In this document: positions 53,472-64,000 of the stretch, piece after piece
How positions within the stretch are numbered: the first letter of the stretch is position 1
Layout of the letters: every line of letters begins with the position of its first letter
The notes under the pieces: generated by a model
Told to the model about the DNA's origin: nothing
Database searches by the model: none
Seen by the model: only the letters and a program-made list of their open reading frames with translations
Translations under genes and position numbers: made by a program
Assembly (NCBI GenBank): GCA_951406725.2
Contig: OX597821.1
Location: 85,312,001-85,376,000 of the forward strand
Source: Octopus vulgaris
Lineage: Eukaryota
DNA length: 64,000 nt
Direction of reading: 5' to 3'

Positions 53472-54676
53472 GCAGGCAGACAGATAGATGGACAGACAAA
53501 GACAGAAAGAGATGAACCATACTTTTATTTATCAGTTCCAAAAAGATGAAAGGCAAACTTGATCGCAATAGTATTTGAACACAGTGTGCGGCAAACTGGA
53601 ATGATTACCACAAGGTAATCTATCTGATATCTTAATGACTTGACTGATTTGCTGTCTTAATTTCTGCTCTTTGGATTATCAAACCACTCTACATTAGACT
53701 TTTGTTACTTTGATTCCCACTACGTCATTGCTTGCTTCCGCTTCCTCTCTTTCTTCTTCTCTCTGTTGATTGATGTATGGGCAGACATGTTTAGTGTTAA
53801 TTTCACAAGTTAATGTTAACAACAGCTTATGAACTCAGAACACCTCAAATAAAAGGCCAATAGCTTCTGCTCACCACACTCTAACTTCTTATTACGTATA
53901 TATGCCCAAATATCCTGTGCTGTTACTGCCATCAGAGAAATTAGATTAACAATTGCAAATCAGACATTGAAAGTGCATCAACTTGCTTCTTTTGTTTCTT
54001 CCATATTCACCAGATAAATTTGGTTGAGATGCACAAAATATCATGCACACCTTTTGCACTTTAGTGAGTTGCATTAATTTGCAGCAGATGGTACCATATG
54101 TCATATATATGTGTACGAATGTATCTGTGTGTGTTTGTGTGTTTGCCTTCTACAGCTCTTCCTGAAAATTATTCAATAATTGGCCATTTAAATTCTATTT
54201 GCACCATTTGTTTCAGTTGTTAATGACAGATATGAAAGTTCAAATAGGAGTCTCTCTTTCTCTCACTTCAACTGTGGAATATCTCCCCATATTTCTGTCT
54301 TGGTGGTAGAAAAGCTTTCAGACTTGCTATCTGTCCATTTCTTCATTTTTTTTCCCTTTCCATAAATGTCGGTAAATACCAACAATTTTGAGTATATCTT
54401 TTTAGTGCAATTTGCAATTCTCCAGATTTGTAGTCTTTCTTTTTTCTTTTTTTTCTGCATCATGAGCTTTAACTTTTATTCCATTTTCTTTCATTAATAT
54501 TTTGTTTCTTTAAATGTGTAATTATCCCCCTCTCCTCCCATTAATCTAGCTCCACCCTAACCTCTACCATCGCAAACAACAAGATCAGAATTTCAACCAA
54601 CTTCCATTACAACCAAACTACACTATAATGGAATAATATGTTACATTAAATGAAATGTCTGATATATAAGATAAGT

Positions 54677-54964
54677 GGAGGCGCAATGGCCCAGTGATTA
54701 GGGCAGCAGACTCGCGGTTTCAATTCCCAGACCAGGCATTGTGTGTGTTTATTGAGCAAAAACACCTCAAAAGCTCCATGAGGCTCTGGCAGGGGATGGT
54801 GGCGACCCCTGTTGTACTCTTTCACCCCAACTTTCTCTCACTCTCTCTTCCTGTTTCTTGAGTAACGCTGCGATGGACTGGCATCCCGTCCAGCTGGGGA
54901 GGAACACATACACCACAAAAACCGGGAAACCGGGCCCATGAGCCTGGCTAGGCTTGAAAAGGGT
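54677..54964 (+). mobile_element. SINE family C, tail type 2 (V-domain-like gcgatggactggcatcccgtccag)
   Basis: Same head and body as 30950-31252 but a different 3' half. The reverse complement of this tail recurs at 63915-64000. Confidence 0.8.
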
Positions 54965-55199
54965 GAGAGAGAGAGAGAGAGAGAAATATAAGATAAAACT
55001 AAGCTGCAATGTCCACCACTGCCACCACCACCACCACCATCACCAGCAGCAACAACAGCAGCACCACCACCATAATATAATAGATCTGTTACTTAGCCTA
55101 GGTCAGCCGGATAAAACAGACATAAGATGAAAATATATTGCATACTTGACCATCTTGTCTTTTTATCAAACACATTGTGTCCAGGATTATTTTTCTTTT

Positions 55200-55600
55200 A
55201 TTCTCTTACTTATTTCAGTCATATGACTGTGGCCATGCTGGAGTACCACCTTGAAGGGTTTTAGTTGAACACATCAACCCCAGGACATATTTTTTATAGC
55301 CTAGTACTTATTCTATCGGTCTTTTTTGCCAAATCACTAAGTTATGGGGGAGATGTAAACACACCAACACTGGTTGTCAAGTGGTGATGGGGTGACAAAC
55401 ACAGTCACATAGACACACACACACAGATACACACATACATGTACATACGATGGGCTTCTTTCATCTACCAAATCCACTCATAAGGCTTTGGTCAGCCTGA
55501 GGCTGTAGTAGAAGACACTTGCCCAAGGTGTCACACAGTGGGACTGAACCTAGAACCATATGGTTGGGAAGCAAGCTTCTTACCACACAACCACACCTAC
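55200..55600 (-). mobile_element. SINE family A, diverged
   Basis: Consensus match. Confidence 0.8.
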
Positions 55601-55868
55601 AATTTTTTTTATTTGATCAGTTTTTAAGAAGGGTCAGTGCCCATGGTTTTTATAGGCCCTCTGAGACTGAGACTGTTAATGTTCTACTTACAAAAAACAT
55701 TATCTGAAGTGCCTTTTGTTTTTTAAGAGTGTAGTATGTGATTTGAGAGTTGTTTAACTGCTATTTTTAGCAGGTTAAGCCTCCATATAGAGGCTTTCTT
55801 GTCTCCTTATTTGAACATATTTTAATTCCTTGTGTGGGCCTTTAAGACTCATCATCATCTGGTTAGAA

Positions 55869-56444
55869 CAGCGTTTCTCAACCGGGGTACCCCAGAACCC
55901 TAGGGTTCCACAAAAGGTTCCTAGCGGTTCCCTGAGAAAGAGTGAGATAAGCTAATGCTAATTTCATGATCGTAATATTACTAATCATTCACAACATATT
56001 ACTGGTTATTGTAATATTGTAATATAGACATCATCCTATCTAACCTATTATGTTATCAAAAAAATATAACAAGCTTACAAATATATATAAAAATATATAT
56101 ATATATCACGTGATCACGTGACCGACCAGACCATCAGATGTTGTTACACATCGCTGGTCACAATGCGTTCGCATTGTTTTAGCCTTCGAATGACGCCACC
56201 CCGCTGGCTAAGTGAGCAGGCCAATATATATATATATATACTTTATTTAAAAGCAGCAGAAATATAACAAAAGCTGTTACTCGGAGTTTCACATTCCTGT
56301 TCGTCGGACAGTAACAGCAGTAAACTCCGAGTAACAGCTTTTGTTATATTTCTTAAATATAACAAATAAAGCATATTACTCTACCTCTGGTATTTGAGTA
56401 CTCTTTTTTCCACATTGTTTCACATTTATGTGCTTACTCCGGTG

Positions 56445-56482
<38 letters not shown>

Positions 56483-56614
56483 ATTTACCACATGAACTAC
56501 GATGAAAAAAAGATAAGAGAAGGATATGGTATATAATTTTTTTTTGCAGGGGTTCCTTGAGACATGTAATTTATTTTAAGGGTTACACGAGGGTAAACAG
56601 GTTGAGAAACACTG
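55869..56614. mobile_element. hAT (Charlie/Buster-like) MITE hosting nested insertions
   Basis: TIRs cagcgtttctcaacc / ggttgagaaacactg; decayed 8-bp TSD ggttagaa / gtttagtg with central TA. Confidence 0.75.
56274..56311 (-). ncRNA. Minimal type I hammerhead ribozyme motif (Penelope-like), U4C core variant
   Basis: Minus strand: CUGU-CCGACGA-ACA GGAA UGU-GAAA-C UCCGA G-UA^-ACAG. Stem I is 4 bp, stem II is 3 bp with a GNRA loop, stem III is short and quasi-palindromic, and the cleavage triplet is GUA. Confidence 0.7.
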
Positions 56615-58305
56615 GTTTAGTGAATTACTAACTCATCGCTTACACCACACATGATCTTGTATGTATTCTGATATTGTGTGTGATAAACTCTTCTACCAGC
56701 CTACACTGATATAGCTTGATAACCCATAAATAGGCAGGGCTGTGTGATAAAGAAGCTCATTTTGCATCTGCATTGTTGGTTCTGGGTTCAAGCCCTCCCT
56801 GTGGCACCTTGAGTGTTTTACCATAGCCTTGGGTTGTTCAAAACTTTCTGATTGAAATATGTAGATGGAAACTATGTGGAAACCTCTTGTGTGTGTGTGT
56901 ATGTGTGTATTTGTCTTTTGCCACTGTGTACTGAAGAAAGATGTAAATTTTGAGAAAATAGATAAACCAGTGCATTTTACCAGAAAACACCTTGCAGTAT
57001 TTATTCTATCAAATTCCACAGACATACCCTTGTTACTGAAAATGCTGTGAACCTGTGATGGGTCTGTTGGAACCATATAATGAATCACATCATTGTTCAC
57101 AAAATACATGATATAAAATAATAAATCTCCAAATTTTTATCACTTATTTTAACTTTGTGGCTGTAGCTCTTCTTATCTCCATCTCCATCTTGTTTGATAT
57201 GTGGCATTCAAAGTTATTATTATTTTTATTATTTTCAGCCATCTAAAAGCCGTCATATAAACAAGAGAGGTGAAGATTTAAAGCTTTAACACATGCTGTA
57301 ATCACTCCTCAGCTCACTAACGTCTAGCCCAGAGACATGCTATCTTCTCATGCTGTCTTTTCTTCTTTTACTACAGTGACCTCTTCTCTTTGAAACCATC
57401 TGGTCTCACATCACCTCCAGTTAGGTCCTACAAACAAATTTGTCTCTCATCCTTTAACATTTTGCCTTCCAAGCCTATTTTGTGCTATAATTTCTTTTGC
57501 ACGAGCAGTCTAATTTTGTTATAAATTATGCATTTTTAAATTTTTTAAAATATATCTATGTCCGACATTCAATAAATAAACTATCACACTGATTTATAGT
57601 ATAGATATCATTAATGAGTGCTTCAGGAGAGAACAAACATTATATACATTCTGTACTGTCGGAGTCACCAGTGATACACATGTTATAACATGTTCGTGTT
57701 GAATATATCTCCATTTATACATTTTTTTCATTTATTTATGACTTTTTTTCTACAGATTATATTTTAGATTATATTATGTAAGCCTCAATGACTTCTTTTT
57801 CCCCAAAGTTATTTTATTGGGGGAAGCAGTCCAATGACAGAGACTTGCATCCTTCTGATATCTGTATTTAGCACATTTCCTAAAATTTGAATGATACGGT
57901 TTGATCCACAGTAATGTTAGGCATCATAAAAAAGCCTCACCACTGGGAGTCACCATGACTCCTATAGAGTATTAAGAACATAGTGTAGGAAGTCATTGAT
58001 GACTCTCATGGTATAATAAGAATAAAGGATAGTGAGTCTCTGGTGATTCCCATGGTAGGAAAAGTGTTAATCCCTAATCTGATACCTTCCCACTCCCAGG
58101 CACCTCACAATCCACTGTACCCGATCCTTCTTCCCCGATATTTTGACTCCCTGAGAAGTGACTTCTTACTAATGGTTTTCCTGTAGTTGTTAACTTACAA
58201 TTCAAGAACAATAACCATCTGCTAATCAGGAAGATTTGTATAAAGCCCATGAACACAGCCCCTTTGTCCAAACCCCACTTATGAATGAATAAATAAATAA
58301 ATAAA

Positions 58306-58680
58306 GGCATAGTTGTGTGGTAAGAAGCTTGCTTCCCAATGACATGGTTCTGGGTTCAGTCCCACTGCATGGAATCTTGGGCATATATCTTCTACTATAG
58401 CCTTCTACAAAGCCTTGTAAATGGGTTTGGTAGAGAGAAACTGAAAGAAGCCCATTTTGTGTGTGTTGTGTGTGTGTGTATGTGTTTGTGTCTTTGTCCC
58501 CCACTACTGCTTGACACCTGGTGTTGGTGTGTTTATGTCCCTATAATTTAGCAGTTCAGCAAAAGAGACTGACAGAATAGGTACCAGGATTTTAAAAAAT
58601 ACAAGTACTAGGGTCATTTCATTCAGCTAAAAATTCTTCAAGGCAGCGCTCCAGCATGGCCACAGACTGAAACAAGCTAA
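58306..58680 (+). mobile_element. SINE family A, diverged
   Basis: Consensus match. Confidence 0.8.
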
Positions 58681-58805
58681 AGAACAAAAGAAAATAAAAG
58701 TAAAAACAGTCACAAGAACATGTCTCATCATCGTTTTCACTCCAGTTTGATACGATAGAATACAAACAATACGATACAATTCTACAATTATACAGTACAA
58801 TACTG

Positions 58806-59087
58806 ACTGTTGCCAGCCTTGCCTGGCCCCTGTGCTGGTGGCACGTAAAAAGCACCATCTGTCCGTGGCCGTTTGCCAGTTCTGTCTGGCACCTGTGCGG
58901 GTGGCATGTAAAAAGCACCCACTATACTCACGGAGTGGTTGGCGTTAGGAAGGGCATCCAGCTGTAGAAACACTGCCAGATCAGACTGGGCCTGATGCAG
59001 CCTTCTGGCTGCACAGACCCCAGTTGAACCGTCCAACTCATGCTAGCATGGAAAGCGAACGTTAAATGATGATGATGATGATGATGA
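58806..59087 (+). mobile_element. RTE 3' UTR fragment
   Basis: Homologous to 22150-22399; ends in (gat)n. Confidence 0.88.
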
Positions 59088-59363
59088 ATACAATATAGTT
59101 CTTTGTTATATGCTTCTTCATCTCCTTCTTCCTATTTCTAACAATAAAATTCTAGCTGGCAACTATTGTACACTGCATACTTATAAATAGCATTTTATTC
59201 TGCCCATCTGTATTTTCAGTGCCTGTTTGTGGGTAGGGGTTTAACTGAAATTTACTCCAATTATAGATGAATATCTGACACTCTTCATCATTAATAAGAC
59301 AAATTTTACTAACTATTTTTTGCAACCAAAGCCATATGGTCCTCATTGAAGTATACATGTATA

Positions 59364-61029
59364 CAGGGTGTCCCCAAAATGTATGCACAATTTAACAGCT
59401 GATAACGCACTTAATTTTCATTCATTTTTAGATTTAATCCATTAGAAATAATGGTTTCAAATTTTGGCACAAGGCCAGCAATTTTTTGGTGGGGTGGGGT
59501 GAAGGGACAAGTCGATTAAACTGACCCCAGTGCTTTTGAATGGTACTTATTTTATCTACTTTGAAAAGATGGAAAGCAAAGTCGACCTTGGTGGAATTTG
59601 AACTCAGAATGTAAAAACATGAAATGTCACTAAGCATTTTACTCATCATGTCAATGATTCTGCCATTTCACTGCCTTGACCATTACAAATAACGAAGGGA
59701 GTCAATCTAATCTTTGAATGAAAGAAGATTCTCCTGAAGCATTTCTGGAAGTGTGAAAATGCAATCAAAGTGCAAAGACAGTTTAGGAGGAAGTTTTGAA
59801 TAGATCCATTTACACAATTTATACTCATTAGAATTCGAGTAAAGTTTGAAGCTAATGGAACTGGTCAGAATGTCTACAAGAAATGTTTGATAAGACTGTG
59901 AACATTGATGAGTCCTGCAAAGAAAGAAAGGCGACTAAATCTGTAATAGCAGAGTTGAAAAAATCAGTGTGGCAATTGAATCATGAAAAAGGGACTTCAA
60001 GATCAAGCATCGATCACAAGAAAAGTTTTATTCCAAGAATAGTCTATGAAGATGATCCAAACCAAAGAGTGAAGTTTTACAATTGGTACTTGACAATATA
60101 TGTAGAAACTGCACACTTTCTAATGAAGATTGATTGGAGTGGTGAGGCAACATTTAACTTAAACGGCTCAATTAACTTTCACAGTTGCACCTGCCGGTGA
60201 CCTGAGAATCTTTTGTTACAGAGGAATAAAATGTTGATTTACCAGAAATTCCTATAAGGTGCAGCTTATCATGAAAAGGATTAATTGGACTGTTCTCTTT
60301 TGATGGTACTGTGACAGTCTGTCATACCAAGCATTCGAGAGGAGATTGAAGATGTAGAGTTCTATTTTCAGCAAGATGGTGTACATTACCTATTTCTTTA
60401 TTACCCACAAGGGGCATAGAGGGGACAAACAAGGACAGACATAGGTATTAAGTCGATTATATCGACCCCAGTGCGTAACTGGTACTTATATAATCGACCC
60501 CGAAAGGATGAAAGGCAAAGTACACCTCGGCGGAATTTGAACTCAGAACGTAGTGGCAGACGAAATACTGCTAAGCATTTCACCCGGCGTGCTAACGATT
60601 CTGCCAACTCGATGCCTTGTGTACATTACCATAGCAATGTAAGGGTCTACCATAAGATTTTGTAATACATGTGGATTAGATGAAGGGGTTCAATGGAACA
60701 CCGTCTACCTTCACTGGAGTTCACACTACTAGGATACTTAAAAGATAATGTTTTCAATGCAAAACCAGCAACAGTCAAAGAATTGAGGGCAGCCATCGAA
60801 TGAGAATGTGTGCAAATACTGAATGAGATGTTTCTTGGTGTTTGCAATTCCACTTCTTTGTGTTATCATCAGTGCTTGGATCAGAATGTTCCTTAGATTG
60901 AAATTAGGCATTCATAAAAGATTACGTTGTTTGTAGATTCTATTAAATTCTGAAAATGAAATGCATTTCAATAAACAATTTTATAATCATTCATTGTGTG
61001 TATACATTTTTATAGGTCTCTTTTATGTA
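59364..61029 (+). mobile_element. Decayed Tc1/mariner (DD37D/maT-like) transposon with two nested SINEs
   Basis: Left end TA|cagggtgtcccc. Pseudo-ORF remnants KCENAIKVQRQFRRKF, DWSGEATFNLNGSINFHSC (WSDEA.F.L.G.VN..N-like), FYFQQDG and GYLKDNVF. Possible degenerate right TIR near 60993-61029. Confidence 0.75.
60391..60618 (-). mobile_element. SINE family B inserted just after the QQDG codons of the transposase
   Basis: Perfect 12-bp TSD gtgtacattacc at 60379-60390 and 60619-60630. Confidence 0.92.
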
Positions 61030-61133
61030 TGTATGTATGTATGTATGTATGTATGTATGTATGTATGTATGTATGTATGTATTATGTATGTATGTATGTA
61101 TGTACATGTGTGTCTGTGTGTATATATTCTGTG

Positions 61134-61168
<35 letters not shown>

Positions 61169-61314
61169 TCATATATATATATATACACACATGCACATCA
61201 TATATATTCTATGTGGTTGGTTATGGCTGGTCAGAATGTTACCATTGGCTTCACATCTATAATTGCTCTTAGCCATATTGTCGACTCACCTGGCTTTCCT
61301 GGCTGAAGGCACAT

Positions 61315-61816
61315 TGTAGTGAACCTTGGTGGTCAAGTATGAAAGCAAAACGGAAAAGAGATTTAATGAGAGTAATCTCCCTCAACCTTCTAGAAAGTTC
61401 TCGAACATTCTAGAAGTTTCCAGTTGATGTGGAAGTCAGGGACCTCCGGTTCATCCCTTATATAAAGAAACAAATTTCTAAATTCGCATCGCTTGTGTCT
61501 GTCGATTCTTAGACAAGCATTGAGTCAGGCCACTTGCATACACACCCGCATGTGGATATGTTTGCCTCACTTGCTTGGAGACATGTGGTTGCAAAGAATA
61601 TGTTCATATGATGTTACAAGCTTTCCTTCAATTTACCTTATATGTTAACGTATTACCTCCAGTAATAAATATGTTATGACTTATTACAAATGTCTTGCGA
61701 GTTCCTATTTTCTCGTCGTTACATACAAGATGGTACCCCCTTTTTTCTCATGCTTATTAAATTATAGGATGTTGTTTAATCAACATTTTCACTATAAAAT
61801 GGTAACCCCGATGTCA
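61315..61816 (+). mobile_element. 5' LTR (61315-61796) plus tRNA-Trp-like primer-binding site of a decayed Ty3/Gypsy element
   Basis: TGTAGTGAA...TTCACTATA inverted termini; TATATAAA at 61459; AATAAA near 61664. tggtaaccccgatgtca at 61800-61816 resembles the complement of the tRNA-Trp 3' end (tggtgaccccgacgtga). Decayed internal sequence may extend to ~62460. Confidence 0.72.
61387..61421. promoter_or_regulatory. Heat-shock element array (7 alternating nTTCn/nGAAn units)
   Basis: TTCtaGAAagTTCtcGAAcaTTCtaGAAgtTTC with perfect 5-bp periodicity, ~40 bp upstream of the LTR TATA box. Confidence 0.8.
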
Positions 61817-62646
61817 AGATCACGATAGCCACTGTGCACACTTCACTATAATAATATAGAAAACCCAACTTTTTGAATATGTAACTCACAGCACATGGTA
61901 AACAGACTTGATTTGCAGTCTTCACTCACATCTCAACTAAAAATCAATGGCCTGACGTCAGATTTTCTCTTGTTCAAGGGAACCTTTAGAATTCGTCTTC
62001 TTTGCCTTGAATTTATACCTAACAGAGTAAACGGTATTCTTTCAAATAATTTCCTTTTGAAGTAATTTTCTCTCACAATGTTGACTGTCAACATTTTATG
62101 CTAGTAAATTCAAGATGGAGTTTTTCCAACATGGCACCTGTCTTCATCTTCCTCGCCATTTTTTCTCATGCAATTACCACTCTGAGCATGCACAGTGGAT
62201 GTGCTTGCCAAATCTCAAGAGTTCCCTATTGCATTCGCCTGTCTCGATTTCTCCACGCGGCCGGACTTTGACTGCCATGCACATGAACAGCGTTATCATC
62301 AACACCGCCAATACTGTCACCACCTCAGCCTTCATACCAGACTACAGTGCTTACGTCACCACTTCCATGGTTTCAACACTAATTTCGAATCATTCCTGCA
62401 CCATCTTCTGTACAGCAACCAGTTTTGTAGCCTTATACAGTAAATTTCAGCCACTCTGAGCACTGCAAAAACAGATACAGTAGCCCCTTGTAGCCTTCTA
62501 ACTGTCCAACCCATGCCAGCATGGAAGGCAGATGTTAAATGATGATGATGATGACGATGATGATGTTGATGATGATGATGATGATGATGATGATGTTGAC
62601 ATATAAGCTATATAAATAAAAGCCTGGAAATATCAATATGCGTGTT

Positions 62647-62677
<31 letters not shown>

Positions 62678-63122
62678 TTGTGTGTGTTTGTGTGTGTGTG
62701 CATGTAATACTTTAATATGCATCCTTATTTAGGGACCCAGATGGTTCCAATAAAAACGAGAAAAGAAAACATGTCAAACAGAAGATAATTTGTTCAAAGA
62801 GTTATTTCAGAACTTGTCTGTTTTCACTGATATTTTTCTCTTGTCTAAAGTCTACCAGTTTTCACAAAAGCCTTTAAAGTATATCTCTCCACTCATCAAC
62901 TTCACGAAATGGTGATACACTATGATTTGCAGCAGCTGTCTGCTTTTAACTCTAGAGAACCATTACTTATTTGAAATATATGTTCCTTTGGCTTTTGTGA
63001 AAAACAATTGTAGTCCTTAGATTTCTTCATTTCCTTTTGTTTCCTTCCATTGTGTTGAATGGAAGGTTTGAGGGACTGCTGGGATTTTAGTGACATTAGA
63101 AAATGTATGTACTATTAGCATC

Positions 63123-63154
<32 letters not shown>

Positions 63155-64000
63155 ATGAATAAAGAAATAAAGAATGAAAGAAAGAAAGAAAGAAAAACTT
63201 GTGTGCTCATTTCTGCAGAACTTCATATGAGAATTTGTCATTAGGAATAAAGTAGAAATTCAATATAGATAGAATTTTGCCTTTTTTTTTTCTTTTTTTT
63301 TCTACTTGACACAGAACCAACAGAGTTAGGAAGAAAACTTAACTGTTTCATAACTTTTTAAGTGGGTGTAGCAGAAATGCTTTTTAAAAGGCTGCATGAA
63401 ATATTTGGTAGGCAGACACAGAAAGCAACCTACCATACACAGACACACACACACACACACACACAAACACACACATTGTCATCATCGTCATTGCTGTTGT
63501 CGTCATTGTCGCTAACATCATTGTCATTGTCGTTGTCGTCATCATCATCATATGTCTGTTTTCCATGTTGGTATGTGCTGGATGGGTTGACAGGAGCTAG
63601 CAAGTCAGACAGCTACATGAGGGTCCATTTGTCTGGTTTGGCATGGTTTCTATGGCTGGATGCCCTCCCTGATGCCAACCCCTTTACAAACTGTACTGGG
63701 TGCTTTTTTATGTGGGGTCATTTGTTTCCAATATTCTGTGAAAACATATCTGGTCATTAAGAAATATCACCTTTCTTGGAAACAAGGAAGAGTTAATGGA
63801 AAGAAGTGGATCTGGCTGAACAAAAAATCTTCCTCAATTAACCATTTCCAGCCCTTGCAAGGATGATAAAGTGGACTTTAAAACTATGATGATTATAAGA
63901 TAAATAAAAATAAATGTGCCCTTTTAAAGCCTAGCTAGGCTCATGGGCCTGGTTTCCCTGTTTCTATGGCGTATGTGTTCCCCAGCTGGATGGGACGCCA

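Noticed and set aside
62115-62459. 114-aa ORF downstream of the LTR and PBS as an intact gag
   Set aside because: No clear capsid or zinc-knuckle motif, and upstream frames are broken; treated as decayed internal sequence.
1186-63866. Most short ORFs in the track (poly-YI/HT/CV peptides and recurring RRHLPKVPRSGTEPGTMWLVSKLL peptides)
   Set aside because: They are translations of microsatellites and SINE copies, with no splice-supported or domain-supported coding signal.

Overview
AT-rich, repeat-dense eukaryotic (animal) genomic DNA. The tRNA-derived SINE families, RTE tails and microsatellite load suggest an octopus or other coleoid cephalopod; this is inference, not proven. One host gene is visible on the + strand: the 3' part of an EHD/Past1/RME-1 family EH-domain ATPase, with an internal exon at 6663-7099, a 15.9-kb intron and a terminal coding exon at 22955-23650. 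The rest is mobile DNA: three SINE families, RTE, CR1/L2, L1/Tx1 and R4/Dong-like LINE fragments, two solo LTRs, an LTR with a primer-binding site, a decayed Tc1/mariner, and hAT and piggyBac-like MITEs. Highlights: (1) a 33-nt intronic sequence perfectly complementary to the EHD codons for the EH-domain Trp and EF-hand loop, a candidate ADAR editing-complementary sequence; (2) two related foldback elements in (TA)n tracts carrying minimal hammerhead-ribozyme motifs, one with a CCGACGA core variant; (3) an LTR with a perfect 7-unit heat-shock element just upstream of its TATA box; (4) a perfect 110-bp-arm palindrome; (5) a ~700-bp minisatellite grown from the RTE tail motif. Repeat boundaries were read by eye and may be off by tens of bases unless a TSD is quoted.
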